Virus record (IMG/VR): IMGVR_UViG_3300026522_000021
DNA from: a virus
Lineage: Duplodnaviria > Caudoviricetes
DNA length: 64,000 nucleotides
Reading direction: 5' to 3' (one strand)
In this document: one piece after another, positions 10,011 to 20,775 of the stretch
Position numbering within the stretch: the stretch's first letter is position 1
Layout: every line of letters starts with the position of its first letter
Program-made: the position numbers and the translations under genes
Notes under the pieces: model-generated
Database searches by the model: none
What the model was told of the DNA's origin: nothing
The model's input: the letters and a program-made list of their open reading frames with translations, nothing else

Positions 10011-10244
10011 TCAGATGTTGTATATATTTTCTTTTCTTTCTTCCAGCTCCTTTACGATTTCATTATATATCCTGTCGTTTTCTTCTCTTGTGTCTGGAAT
10101 ATAATAATCCCATAGTCCATCTTTTATTTTCAGGATAGATAAATACCACCATCCATCTGGTAATTCGATCTCCATGATAATAGATTGTCGTTTTTCAAAA
10201 TTGCATTTTTCTGTGTCGTTCATGCAGATTTTTCTAATTTTCAA
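10011..10244 (-). CDS. hypothetical protein
   Basis: ORF followed by a terminator; start and RBS unclear. Confidence 0.45.
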   Translation of the reverse strand: MKIRKICMNDTEKCNFEKRQSIIMEIELPDGWWYLSILKIKDGLWDYYIPDTREENDRIYNEIVKELEERKENIYNI

Positions 10245-10470
10245 AAACTAAATGTGTTTGCGCCAAAAAGAAAAAGGCGATCATTCGACCGCCTCTCTCG
10301 ACCAATTTGCTGGACTCAGCAAAATGGTAATTCTTCTTCATCATAGTTTGGTTCGCGTTCTTCGTCTGGTTCTTCATCGTCTGCATCTTCCCATCCGATT
10401 TCCCAATATCGGCTCGGAAGTTTCCGCTTTTCACCAAATCCAAATAATGCCCTTACCCTATCTTCATCTG

Positions 10471-11469
10471 TCATGCGCTCTTCACCACCTTTTCAATCTC
10501 AGCATATGCGCATTTCCCTTGCATCGGGCTACCATCTGCATACTTCATATGTGCATCTGTAAATTCAAACGTCACATTTTTAGCGCCAAATCTGACGATA
10601 CGCACCACGCTATGACGATACCTGTTAATCTGTACAAGATCTCCCTTGTTCAGATTTTCCTTGCTGAAAGAAATACCACCCTGATTTTCGATGCACTCAT
10701 GATAGTATACGGATTTTCCGATTTCGCTTTCCATGATTTCATACCAACGATCAAGCTCGGCATCAATTCTTTCCGCTGTTAATTTTTTAAGCTCACATCC
10801 GTATTTGTCTTTCGGGATTTCGCCATTCTCGATTGCCTTCTTATATCCCTCATATGTTGCAATGCTTCTCTTCAGTCCGCGAATGCTTGCTTCTGCCTCG
10901 TCAATTCTGCGCTGACAGAATGCTTTATCCTTCTGATCTTTTCCGCTTGCTGTCTGTCTTGCCTTGGCTGCGCATTCTGCATAGTATTCGCTTTTGCTGA
11001 ACTCTGCAAATCCACGCTCCCATGCATCAAACATTTTATTTCTTCTATTAGTAAAGGCACGACCGCTTGATGTGCTGATGTTCGGCTGCGTAAAGAATGC
11101 AATATCGCCATGCATATCATTGATAGGCTTCTGAAGTGCAACGCCTTTTTCGTGTGCCTTATCTGCCTTGTATTCCATGCGCTCCGCTCTGCGTTCTGCT
11201 TTTTCCATCTTGCGATCCATCTGCTGTTCAAATGTAAGCGCTTCGCCTTCGCGTCCTGCATCCTCAAGTCCTAATTCTTTAGCGACACATTCAGGTCTGT
11301 AAAGGTTCGGGAACTTGCAACGGCTGATCCATGCGCCAGTGCCGCGACTGAATAAGAAATTGCTCCTGATCTTTGCTTTCTGATCGTCTGTCAACGCCAT
11401 ATAATCTGCCTTGTCAAAATGAAGCTCAAGTTTTCCTGTCTCCATGTTCCTAATATAATAGTTTGACAT
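10471..11469 (-). CDS. DUF3560-like domain protein
   Basis: AERRAERMEYKADKA...FFTQP...GRAF..RR...KSEYYAECAAKA pattern; AGGAGG RBS. Confidence 0.7.
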   Translation of the reverse strand: MSNYYIRNMETGKLELHFDKADYMALTDDQKAKIRSNFLFSRGTGAWISRCKFPNLYRPECVAKELGLEDAGREGEALTFEQQMDRKMEKAERRAERMEYKADKAHEKGVALQKPINDMHGDIAFFTQPNISTSSGRAFTNRRNKMFDAWERGFAEFSKSEYYAECAAKARQTASGKDQKDKAFCQRRIDEAEASIRGLKRSIATYEGYKKAIENGEIPKDKYGCELKKLTAERIDAELDRWYEIMESEIGKSVYYHECIENQGGISFSKENLNKGDLVQINRYRHSVVRIVRFGAKNVTFEFTDAHMKYADGSPMQGKCAYAEIEKVVKSA

Positions 11470-11829
11470 TGTGTGTACCTCCTTGGTTTGATTTGCTTTG
11501 TGTATTTGCTTTACTATATATTAGCACAAGTTAATAGATAGTGCAAGCGTTTTCTCTAATTATTTTTAGATTTTTATAATTCAATTTTTCTGCGCGGATG
11601 ATACGGCAAATGTTAATTTTTGAAAATTGATTATTTTGTTTGCAACAAACAAATATTTCCAGTTTTCAAAAACTATTATGCGATACAAAAGAAAAACGCC
11701 AGATTGCTCTGGCGCTTATCTTATTCAGCTTCTATCCTTTGGATCTCTATTAACGGAATTATATAAACATCATCTGCGATCACTTCTTTTTCCGTAAAGT
11801 AAAGACTGTTACAATGTAATATGCTCCCA

Positions 11830-12057
11830 TCATAGTTTATAATTTTCAATGTTCTTGTCTCCTTCCAAAATAATTTGTGTTTTCGCATCAAGAATGATTG
11901 TTGAATGTGGGCTAACTGAATGTGTCCATAATTCTACTTCTTCATGCCATTTCCCACTGACAGCAGAATATATCCTTCCATATTTTACAATGCCGACATT
12001 ATCAATCTTCGACATCCTAACACCATCATCCGTTTCCTTTCTGATTATTGCGTTCAT
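11830..12057 (-). CDS. hypothetical protein
   Basis: AGGGGTG RBS. Confidence 0.65.
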   Translation of the reverse strand: MNAIIRKETDDGVRMSKIDNVGIVKYGRIYSAVSGKWHEEVELWTHSVSPHSTIILDAKTQIILEGDKNIENYKL

Positions 12058-12068
12058 TTATTCACCCC

Positions 12069-12755
12069 TTAAATCGCGACAGATAATTTTCCATGTGGAT
12101 TGAACTTGCGCCCTTCCTGATAACCGTCATCTCTAACATCGCTGTAAACTGTATGTCTGCTCTGGTATCTATCCGTCACAAAGTTAGAACATGCCTCATT
12201 GACTTCTTTCGGAACGATCATGACAAGACCCCATCCGCTCTCGTCCTGTTCTTTCTTGATCTTCTGCTCATCAAATGCGACCTTAACACCTCTCGCAAAT
12301 CCGATAGCATAGGAATTTTTGATCCTATTCTTTTCCGCTGAAGTGTAACGCTGCCATCCGTCAAGATTTTTCAGATATGATTTTCCGCAGCTTCTCGCCG
12401 TATCAACTGCATACTCAAAAATCTTTGCGCAGATATCAACGTCACCTTCCAGACCTACAAAAATAATAGTTCTTTTCTGTCCTCTGAAATTCTTATTTCC
12501 AGCTGACCGACAGCAATAATTTTCCGCTATGATATTGGCAAGACTGCCGATCCACCATTCGCCGCGCTTGGTGTATTCGTATTCCGTAATGATGCGCTTG
12601 ACGTTCTTATTCTTTGCTTCAATCAAATCGACCTCGGCGATCTTGTGTTCTGCCATCAATTCTTTAGCTTTCAGGAGCGCCGCCTTTGCTTCATGTTCGT
12701 TGTTGCTTTCTGCCAGTACAAGAAGTTTCTTGATCTTTTCCTTATAGTCTTTCAT
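12069..12755 (-). CDS. DUF2786 domain protein
   Basis: N-terminal KIKKLLVLAES.NEHEAKAALLKAKELMAEH; C-terminal SYAIGF...GYQEG. Confidence 0.8.
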   Translation of the reverse strand: MKDYKEKIKKLLVLAESNNEHEAKAALLKAKELMAEHKIAEVDLIEAKNKNVKRIITEYEYTKRGEWWIGSLANIIAENYCCRSAGNKNFRGQKRTIIFVGLEGDVDICAKIFEYAVDTARSCGKSYLKNLDGWQRYTSAEKNRIKNSYAIGFARGVKVAFDEQKIKKEQDESGWGLVMIVPKEVNEACSNFVTDRYQSRHTVYSDVRDDGYQEGRKFNPHGKLSVAI

Positions 12756-13057
12756 TGTGGATCTCCTTTCGATGCGTTTGTGTATGTGATTTATCATCTG
12801 TAAACACTATACCACACAAAAATAGATATTGCAAGCGTTATTTTGAATTATTTTTAATTTTTTATAATCGGCTTTTTCTGCACGATGCGCCGCAAAATTT
12901 CCACGTTTTGAAAAACATCAACTTACTGATTTGATTTTTGAAAATCAAACTTATTTGCAACAAATAAAAGAAGGGCATCACTGCCCCTCTATGATCCCCA
13001 TGTCATTACATAACATGAAGATATAACTATATCTGTTTTCTTTGTTCATCACGTTAA

Positions 13058-13459
13058 TCATTGCCCATCAACCTCCGCCGCTTTATTCAATATCTGAAGT
13101 GCAATCGTTGAAATATTCCCAAAACCTTCTTGCTCAACTGTTCTATTTAATAATTGAAGTGCAAGAGCCTGAATATCTTGTATTATTTCCTGATTATTAT
13201 TTCTTGTCATATTATGCACTTCTTTATGTACTTCTATATGATCTTGATTTTTTTCACTACCTTTTTCAACAAACTTTAATTCATATCCGAATACATCTGC
13301 TATTTGCATAACCTCATTAAATCTAATTGAATTTCTACTTAACTTATTGTTTAGATTTTGAACTGAAGAATCTGTTATTCTGCAAAATTCAACCATTGTA
13401 TGTTTAGAGTCTTTCATGAATTTTCTTATAATCGGTCTTGCAATATATCCGTTATTCAT
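13058..13459 (-). CDS. XRE-like HTH protein
   Basis: TMVEFCRITDSSVQNLNNKLSRNSIRFNEVMQIADVFG; GGAGG RBS. Confidence 0.7.
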   Translation of the reverse strand: MNNGYIARPIIRKFMKDSKHTMVEFCRITDSSVQNLNNKLSRNSIRFNEVMQIADVFGYELKFVEKGSEKNQDHIEVHKEVHNMTRNNNQEIIQDIQALALQLLNRTVEQEGFGNISTIALQILNKAAEVDGQ

Positions 13460-13600
13460 TCTGTAACACCTCCGCTATTATTTTTTAGAAAGAGCAACCA
13501 CTGTTGTACTATACTTCATCCCCCTATGGCTGCGCGATTGATGTATCAGAGGGAACAACATTTTCGCGAAACTATGAATAAAACAACTCTTCATATTAAA

Positions 13601-13981
13601 TCATCCGAACGTGCGACCGTTAATAGTTATCTTCATCGGAATAATCATTGCTGTAACTTCTGTGAAAAGCTCTCGGAGCTGATCGCAATGGATTTCTTTG
13701 AATGATTTAACCTCCGTATCTTTCGCGTCCTTCCATCCGTTTCCAGTTTTGACATAGCGGTTCATATTAAATGTGGCATTTGTGTGCCGATAGAAACGCA
13801 TGTTATAAGTATCGCTGTCGTGATTATAACGGATCTCGCACCTGTTCGCCTTGCTACCATTTCTCGGAATATTCATTACCAGAAAATCCTGATCCCCTGA
13901 TGAATGAAAATTGCTGCATCCTGTGCAAGCGATAAACTTTCTTCCTCCAAGCTGAACTAAAATTTCCTCTGCGATTGTCAT
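13601..13981 (-). CDS. conserved phage hypothetical protein
   Basis: IAEEILVQLGGRKFIACTG...DTYNMRF...QLRELFTEVT; RBS and promoter present. Confidence 0.75.
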   Translation of the reverse strand: MTIAEEILVQLGGRKFIACTGCSNFHSSGDQDFLVMNIPRNGSKANRCEIRYNHDSDTYNMRFYRHTNATFNMNRYVKTGNGWKDAKDTEVKSFKEIHCDQLRELFTEVTAMIIPMKITINGRTFG

Positions 13982-14322
13982 TGTGGCTTCCTCCTTCGCT
14001 TTGTGTATGTTGTTTACTTGCTGACTATAATATAACTCCTCTTCTGCATATTGTCAAGTATTATTTTGAAATATTTTTAAAAGGTTTCTTACACACATTT
14101 ATATTGTTTTTGAAAACTGAATTTTTCTGTATGGGGAAATGGCGGTCTTACGCCGCACGATAAAACTATGAATAGTGTTTAGATTATCCGATCATTTCAA
14201 AGATGGAGAAGCACGGAACAACCCCAAATAGTTTTTGAAAATTTATCTTTTTCGTGACATCACGAAAATGGTTTTCCAATATTAAAATTTTCTGCATAAA
14301 GAAATAGAGCGGATCAACCGCT

Positions 14323-14733
14323 CTATCTCCTGAACATGTGCGGATTTTCTGGAATTGACTGCGCCCATTCTAATAGCGCTTTCAGTTTTTCCGCTTTCAC
14401 TTCTTCGTATTTTTCTTTTGTTTCCTGCTCTGCCTTCTTAAATGTATAGTTAACGCTTGTTTTTCCTTTGGCGTATGTAAAGCCATCTGGTAAACCAATA
14501 TCATCATAGCGCATATTGAATGCGACATAAAGATTGCAGTTATCCCCATAATGCGACTCGCAACATCCGATAGTGGTATAACCTTTTTGATTTAATATCC
14601 TGACAACTTCCTGAATGTTTGCATCAATCATTATCAGCTGCCACGGTGGATAAAATTTACATGTGCATTCATGCACCTGATGCCAGCAATTAGGGCATAC
14701 ATAATTTTCCATTACCTTTTTGGATCTCCGCAT
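14323..14733 (-). CDS. zinc-ribbon plus TYW3-like motif protein
   Basis: CPNC..CTC followed by IDANIQEVVRILNQKGYTTIGCCESH. Confidence 0.55.
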   Translation of the reverse strand: MRRSKKVMENYVCPNCWHQVHECTCKFYPPWQLIMIDANIQEVVRILNQKGYTTIGCCESHYGDNCNLYVAFNMRYDDIGLPDGFTYAKGKTSVNYTFKKAEQETKEKYEEVKAEKLKALLEWAQSIPENPHMFRR

Positions 14734-14747
14734 ATCATCACGACCTT

Positions 14748-15224
14748 TCAACTAACTTTCGGATTGTACTGATTGTATCTCGTGATATTCTTTTCGTCAA
14801 CGCACTCGCGGAGCGCTGCGTACAACGGCGCTAATCCGATGCCGTTCGCCTGATACCCTTCGAGAATACATTCAAAGTATCCGACCTCTGGGGGATAGAT
14901 ACCCTTCCGATTGTCTGCCATCACATAGACCATAGCTTTTACGGTTTCGCCTGTATCATCCATCGTGACAGGAATTAAAATCTTGGTGTAATAGCTCGGA
15001 TATCCTTCGTAACGATCCAGATTATACATATCCTGTTTATCTTCCAGTTTCCAAACCACAACAGGAACAGAATCATTTTCATCTTTGGTTTCGATAATAT
15101 CCGCGTGATAGTTGAATACGAGTTTCCATCCTTTTAGTTTTCCGTTACCGTAAATTTTTGTGTTCGGACATCTCCATGCCATCTGATCCACGTTCATGTT
15201 GCTGCCATAGCTAATGTAATACAT
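14748..15224 (-). CDS. gamma-glutamylcyclotransferase (AIG2-like)
   Basis: YISYGSNM and LDRYEGYPSYY motifs. Confidence 0.85.
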   Translation of the reverse strand: MYYISYGSNMNVDQMAWRCPNTKIYGNGKLKGWKLVFNYHADIIETKDENDSVPVVVWKLEDKQDMYNLDRYEGYPSYYTKILIPVTMDDTGETVKAMVYVMADNRKGIYPPEVGYFECILEGYQANGIGLAPLYAALRECVDEKNITRYNQYNPKVS

Positions 15225-15297
15225 ATACTGTACCTCCTTTGTGTATGTTGTTTATAGGATAGCACATTCATACTATCCTGTCAATAGTTATCTTGTG

Positions 15298-15504
15298 TTA
15301 TTTCTTTTCCATGTCAATGATGAATTTTTCCTTCACCTGACTCGGAAACATCGTATCGCCCCATGCCGAATAGCCTTTAACATATTTGCTTTCAATCTTC
15401 CGATTGCCTTTATAGATTGCCCACATCGGCGCAAATCCGCGCTCGTAGATTGCCGTATATGTTTCGCCTTTATATTCGATCTTAAATCTGTATGCTCTTT
15501 TCAT
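15298..15504 (-). CDS. hypothetical protein
   Basis: GGAGGTGG RBS before ATG 15504. Confidence 0.65.
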   Translation of the reverse strand: MKRAYRFKIEYKGETYTAIYERGFAPMWAIYKGNRKIESKYVKGYSAWGDTMFPSQVKEKFIIDMEKK

Positions 15505-15541
15505 AATCCACCTCCGCAAATTTTCCTAATATTGAAAAACA

Positions 15542-15736
15542 TTACAATACTGCGATCAAAGTTTCCAATGCTTTATAGCATTCCTTTGCTGTCATTACAG
15601 GGCTGCATCTTCTACCCCAATGCAGAACGGTATACATTCCTGACTCCTGATATACTTCGAGCTTGTGCCTGTTATTCCTTCCTTCTTTGTTGTATTCTTC
15701 CAGCAGCTTGTCAATCTTTCCTTTGTATTGCATCAT
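15542..15736 (-). CDS. hypothetical protein
   Basis: Coupled ORF. Confidence 0.6.
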   Translation of the reverse strand: MMQYKGKIDKLLEEYNKEGRNNRHKLEVYQESGMYTVLHWGRRCSPVMTAKECYKALETLIAVL

Positions 15737-15948
15737 TCTACCTTCTTCCCATCAACAATATCAAAATAAATCTGATTAAAAGTATCATTTGGCTCTGCTA
15801 TCACAAGTCCAACTCCTGCGCGATCTACCGCTAAATACTCGCCATGTGGAGTCTGTATTACTTTGTATGGATAAGAACCTAAAATACGCTTCTCTGAATC
15901 TAAAGTCTTTCCAAGATACTCTTTAACGTTCGCCGTTGATAATCTCAT
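15733..15948 (-). CDS. hypothetical protein
   Basis: AGGAGG RBS before ATG 15948. Confidence 0.65.
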   Translation of the reverse strand: MRLSTANVKEYLGKTLDSEKRILGSYPYKVIQTPHGEYLAVDRAGVGLVIAEPNDTFNQIYFDIVDGKKVE

Positions 15949-15961
15949 CTTTTCCACCTCC

Positions 15962-16312
15962 TTAAAAGATAAATCCTGCTTTATACAGTTTGTCGATTGC
16001 GCGATCCACGCTCTCGAAAACCCTGATTGCCTGATCTTCCAGAACCGCGACAACATCGCCCTCTTTGGTTTCGTATATAACGACTTCTTCATCATGGAAA
16101 TTAACCATTCTTTCCACTTCTTCAGACTGCGCGATGAATACCTTATATTTTCCCAACTTCATACCAGAGAATGTATCGTTCACGCGCTTAACCGCATCCT
16201 CAAAAGCTGTACCCATGCCAAAAGCCTCATAGAAATAATACTGACCGCCTTCAGTTTCAACGCCGATACCCTGATACATTTCCATCAGTCTTTCCATTCT
16301 TTCCTTCGTCAT
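15962..16312 (-). CDS. hypothetical acidic protein
   Basis: GAGGA RBS. Confidence 0.7.
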   Translation of the reverse strand: MTKERMERLMEMYQGIGVETEGGQYYFYEAFGMGTAFEDAVKRVNDTFSGMKLGKYKVFIAQSEEVERMVNFHDEEVVIYETKEGDVVAVLEDQAIRVFESVDRAIDKLYKAGFIF

Positions 16313-16699
16313 TGTTTTATCCTCCTATGATCTGGCGCTTTAACTACAAATCGTTTTCAATCAACCAACGGCGCTCGGCTCGTCAATCAACCGTTTTATA
16401 GAAATGTGCGTTGCTGTGTTTGTGTGTATCTCGTTTACTTGCTAACACTATAACTCACATTTCTGATCTTGTCAATACCTAATTCAAAAATTTATTTGCA
16501 TTATTTATTATTTTTCAAGAATGGATTTTTCTGCGCCACGTTCACCAGAATATAATAGTTTGGCAAAATTAGAAATTTCTGCCGATGTGCTTTGCAAAAC
16601 TCTTTTGTTTTTCAAAACTGAATTTTTCTGTGGCTATGAGTTTTAGTTTTTGAAAATCAAAATTTTCTGTTGCACAAAAAGAAGAAGCTCCGAAGAGCT

Positions 16700-17287
16700 T
16701 CATCCTACGAATATGATTTCATTCTTTCCTCTTGTGTTCACATAGATTTTGAACTGATTGTGTCGCTTCTCTACCATCAAGATATTTTCTGCTTTTGTGC
16801 GCTTGTATCCTTTTCTTTTCCTGACGATTGAAAGAACCAAAGAAGGATCATAGTTGACTTTATACATATTCTTTTCGTATTCCCAATATGCATGGCTTCT
16901 TTCTCTTTCAACTGCATTCATAATCTTATATGTTTCCTCGTCATCCGTGAAAACATTCTTGTATTTGAAGAACTTGAATGCCGTGAAATTTTCCTCTTCA
17001 GAACTTGGATAATAAACGCCGCCACGATCATTTTTAACAGGCTTGCAAACCCTTACAACGATCTCGCATAATCCGCGATCATAACGCCTGAATGCTTCTC
17101 TGCAAGCTGCGCCAGTCGTGATATAAATAATAATCCTTGCGCCATCATCAGCCAGTAAATCAGTATGACAATCAAACTCACTACAAGAATAATTATTCTG
17201 CGAAAAATCGAACCTTGCTCCATTGGATATGTACTCGGATACCAGATTAGAATAAACCTTTTCAATATCTTTCTTTGTGTATAACAT
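16700..17287 (-). CDS. hypothetical protein
   Basis: AGGAGG RBS; terminator at the 3' end. Confidence 0.75.
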   Translation of the reverse strand: MLYTKKDIEKVYSNLVSEYISNGARFDFSQNNYSCSEFDCHTDLLADDGARIIIYITTGAACREAFRRYDRGLCEIVVRVCKPVKNDRGGVYYPSSEEENFTAFKFFKYKNVFTDDEETYKIMNAVERERSHAYWEYEKNMYKVNYDPSLVLSIVRKRKGYKRTKAENILMVEKRHNQFKIYVNTRGKNEIIFVG

Positions 17288-17298
17288 TTTCTTCCTCC

Positions 17299-17622
17299 TT
17301 ATCTACGATAGATGCAACCAGTCCAAACCTTTTCAACAGTGCCAGCGCACTCGCAATTCTTACAACCATTACAGATTGAATTGCATTTATCACTCTTGAA
17401 AGTGTCAAGATGCTTGTATGCTGTTTTCCTGAGTCTGAGAATTGTTTTTTCTGCATCTTCCAGTCTTTCAAAAATTCCACCATTGCAAGGACTTGTCATA
17501 TAATTATATGTGACCATGTAACCGCGTCCGTTTTCCATCTTCTCGATGATTGCCATATCCGTGACCGCCACATCTTGAAACCTTGCAACTACATTTTTGT
17601 ATCTTTCCATTAAGTTAGCCAT
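17299..17622 (-). CDS. hypothetical protein with Cys-rich C-terminus
   Basis: AGGAGG RBS; CNSICNGCKNCEC...C. Confidence 0.7.
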   Translation of the reverse strand: MANLMERYKNVVARFQDVAVTDMAIIEKMENGRGYMVTYNYMTSPCNGGIFERLEDAEKTILRLRKTAYKHLDTFKSDKCNSICNGCKNCECAGTVEKVWTGCIYRR

Positions 17623-17869
17623 ATCGTTTCCTCCTGTGCGTTTGTGTATTTGATTTACTATATAGTAACTCGGATCAATAAATATGTCAAGATAATTTTT
17701 GAATTATTTTAGTTTTTTGATATTCAATTTTTCTGCTGACTGCATCGCAATTTTCCATAGTTTTCCAAAACTATTTTCAATCGTGCGCCATGTGCGATGA
17801 TCTATAGTTTTCCAAAACTGAATTTTCCTGTTAAGCCAAAAGAAGAAGCGGATCTCTCCGCTCCTGTCT

Positions 17870-18022
17870 TCATCTTGCTTCGTATGTTCTTTTCTGTAGC
17901 TTGGCTCTCTTGTCTATTATTGCCATGCTGTTATAGAACTTTGTCGCTTCTGCTTCAGTGTCGAATGTCCTGCAATACTCCGCGCCTGTTGTATGAAAAT
18001 ATACTTGCCAGATTGTGACCAT
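17870..18022 (-). CDS. hypothetical 50-aa protein
   Basis: AGGGAG RBS before ATG 18022. Confidence 0.55.
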   Translation of the reverse strand: MVTIWQVYFHTTGAEYCRTFDTEAEATKFYNSMAIIDKRAKLQKRTYEAR

Positions 18023-18056
18023 CTTATTGTCTCCCTTCTGTATTATCTTGCTTTGC

Positions 18057-18395
18057 TTATCCTTCATAACGATCATGTAAAGCCATCGGTCTATCACCAA
18101 AATGCTCTCTGAAACGACTATCGGAAGTATAAATGAATGAGCCTCCCATCATCCACCATCTACCCGGATGCGCAATCGGATAGGCATGTGTGAACGTTCC
18201 GAAAGAATAATGTTTCGTTACTGCCTTCACCAGATTTTCAGGAAGATTTTCAGGATCATCAAGATCGAATTCCCAATTCCCATCAGGGCAAATTATATAT
18301 GCTGTTTTAAATCTGTTGCTGATCCCATTGTTGCTGCAATTTCCGATGTTCTTGCTTTCGTAAATGTCAACGCTTAATGCTCTAACCTTATTCAT
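18057..18395 (-). CDS. conserved phage hypothetical protein
   Basis: CSNNGIS...MMGGSFIYTSDSRF...LHDRYE. Confidence 0.75.
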   Translation of the reverse strand: MNKVRALSVDIYESKNIGNCSNNGISNRFKTAYIICPDGNWEFDLDDPENLPENLVKAVTKHYSFGTFTHAYPIAHPGRWWMMGGSFIYTSDSRFREHFGDRPMALHDRYEG

Positions 18396-18638
18396 TGTGT
18401 ACCTCCTTGGTTTTATGTGTTTGTGTATGTCGTTTACTATGTTTAGATGATAACTCCATTTTTCCAGAATGTCAATACTTATTTTGAATTATTTTTAAAA
18501 TCTTTTTAGCTGCAAGGATCAACAATAATTCCACGTTTTCCAAAACCAAAATATGAGTACACCATCCAACAGAAAAATCTAATTTTCAAAAACTAAATCT
18601 TTCCGTGAGGACAAAAAAAAGAAGAGGCTCGCGCCCCT

Positions 18639-18998
18639 TCAGTCGAGAATCCAATACTGTTTTGAAAAGAACATGTAAATCATGCAAGGTATCATGAACA
18701 CTGCGAATGTCGCATCGCCATCTAATAGCGGAACTGTTACCGCCGACAGGACGATCATCAACAGCGCATATAATTTCTGCTTCATCATGTTCGGTTTTTC
18801 CATTTCGCTGATCCAGAATGTATCTGTCACTGTTCCATTGTATCCGTCATAATCTGCCAGCGTTTCAATACATGCTGCGTTATAGTCTTGCGCGATTTCC
18901 AGAGCATCATCAAAATCATCCAGAACATCAATCACGTTGTCGCGCTTGTCGATCACTGCGTAAACATCATAATCCAGATTGTAAGCTAAATTTTCCAT
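18639..18998 (-). CDS. acidic protein with two C-terminal TM helices
   Basis: Acidic N-terminus, hydrophobic C-terminus; AGGGAG RBS. Confidence 0.7.
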   Translation of the reverse strand: MENLAYNLDYDVYAVIDKRDNVIDVLDDFDDALEIAQDYNAACIETLADYDGYNGTVTDTFWISEMEKPNMMKQKLYALLMIVLSAVTVPLLDGDATFAVFMIPCMIYMFFSKQYWILD

Positions 18999-19058
18999 TA
19001 TATATACTCCCTTCGTAACTTCTTTATGTAATATGATATAAACAAGTATTATCTTGCA

Positions 19059-19304
19059 TTATCCAAAGAATACAGACACTCCAGAATAATTCATGTTGAC
19101 CTTGCGCCATGTCTGAACCTTCATATTTCTATGTATCGGCTTGTAAATCCTTGTAAATTCATCAATCCAGACTGAGAAGCATCCGACCTCCTCGGAATTG
19201 TCGCGAATGATCCTGATATTATTCTGCTTTAAAATTTCCATCACTTGTTTTCTGGTCTTGCATTGCTCGATTTTCTTTTTGATTTCTTCGTTCATTGTTT
19301 CCAT
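19059..19304 (-). CDS. hypothetical protein
   Basis: Follows the promoter at 19363. Confidence 0.65.
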   Translation of the reverse strand: METMNEEIKKKIEQCKTRKQVMEILKQNNIRIIRDNSEEVGCFSVWIDEFTRIYKPIHRNMKVQTWRKVNMNYSGVSVFFG

Positions 19305-19656
19305 CTCCTGTGAGCTTGTGTATGTCAGTTACTAAAAGCAATATAGCATATTTTTCGCATGATTGCAAGCGTTATTTTGCATTATCTTTTATTTTTTAAT
19401 ATTGGATTTTCCTGCACCTCTCCAGCGCAATGAATTTATGTTTTCCAAAATTAGATTTTTCTGTTCTGCTGTCCGCAAAATTTCCGCGTTTTCAAAAACC
19501 ATAGCTGTGAGTTTTTAGTTTTTAAAAATTCCATTTTTCTGTGCGCTTGAGTTTTCGTTTTCCAAAAATAGAATTTTCTGCAAGCACGAGAAAACAGGAC
19601 GCTTTTACACGCCCTGTTCTCCCACACACAACACACACAACGAATTGAGATAGTAG

Positions 19657-19845
19657 TCAATTTTCAATGACAAGTTCGGCAATGATCCCATTCTGCAAGT
19701 CGGAAAGCTCATGCTTCACTCGTCTTTTCGCTATTTCCAGTTCATCCACATCGAAATATGCGATTGTCTGTTGCGGATTTTCTGGATCATATAACCTGTA
19801 GGCGTTCATTTCTTTAACGAAATATGCTTTATAAATCTTTTTCAT
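19657..19845 (-). CDS. hypothetical protein
   Basis: GAGGAGG RBS. Confidence 0.7.
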   Translation of the reverse strand: MKKIYKAYFVKEMNAYRLYDPENPQQTIAYFDVDELEIAKRRVKHELSDLQNGIIAELVIEN

Positions 19846-19846
19846 G

Positions 19847-20068
19847 TTAAACCTCCTCGCCGTTTTCCATCAGCTCAATCTGTTCGATTGCGGTATGAAG
19901 TGCGCTGCAAATATACTTTTCTGTTTTGGTTTCTCCTGTGTCAGCGTCGATCATCTTTTCCACAACCAGCAGATAATTCTTTCCATCTTCGTAAATGTAA
20001 TAATGATTGCTTCCTTCATAGAATATACAATCTTCATAGTCAGAATGAAAGTCTTTAATTCTTAACAT
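19847..20068 (-). CDS. hypothetical acidic protein
   Basis: GGAGG RBS; follows the promoter at 20134. Confidence 0.7.
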   Translation of the reverse strand: MLRIKDFHSDYEDCIFYEGSNHYYIYEDGKNYLLVVEKMIDADTGETKTEKYICSALHTAIEQIELMENGEEV

Positions 20069-20436
20069 CTCCACGCCCTCCGTGATTGCTTTGTGTATTT
20101 GATTTACTATAATGTAACTCTTTCCATCTGTTTTGTCAACACTTATTTTGAATTATTTTTAAAACGCCAGATGCGGAGAAATATCCAAAACTCCGCGCCT
20201 GTCTTAAATGTAGTATGTATTGACTATCATTGTAAGTTTTCCGCTCTTTTCATCATACAAGTATATGATTACAAGAACAGGCGTTTTCTTATCACTCATT
20301 GGCAAGTCCTCCATCAATAGCTTTGTGCTTTGTGTTTTGCGGAACTGCCAAGGATATTTTTTAATTGCAATGGTCACGAGTCGAACGTGATGCAATCGAA
20401 TTTTCCGATGCCCTGATCCGTCAGCCATGCCGATCT

Positions 20437-20775
20437 TTACAGGAAATTATATTTCATTTCATCCCATGCATAATTGAGAAGCTGTCGAATTCTGCAATCG
20501 AATGTGTTAACATCTTTAATCATCCAGTCAACCAGACCTTCAGCACCTCCGATAGCTTTGATCTTTGTCTTGAGTGCCTTGAAAACAAATTCATCGCACT
20601 CTTCCACCTTGATAACCTTCTTGATAACATCGCCTCGCTGATAGTTTGGCGTGATCTTCTGAATGATTATTGAATTGTTGTGAAGTCCGCTCGGTACGAC
20701 AGACCAATCAGCAACCTTTATGCTCTGTCTTGTATTCATATCAAATGTAGTTTCATGATACTCGAAAAGTTTCAT
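20437..20775 (-). CDS. hypothetical protein
   Basis: AGGAGG RBS; follows the promoter at 20835. Confidence 0.7.
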   Translation of the reverse strand: MKLFEYHETTFDMNTRQSIKVADWSVVPSGLHNNSIIIQKITPNYQRGDVIKKVIKVEECDEFVFKALKTKIKAIGGAEGLVDWMIKDVNTFDCRIRQLLNYAWDEMKYNFL

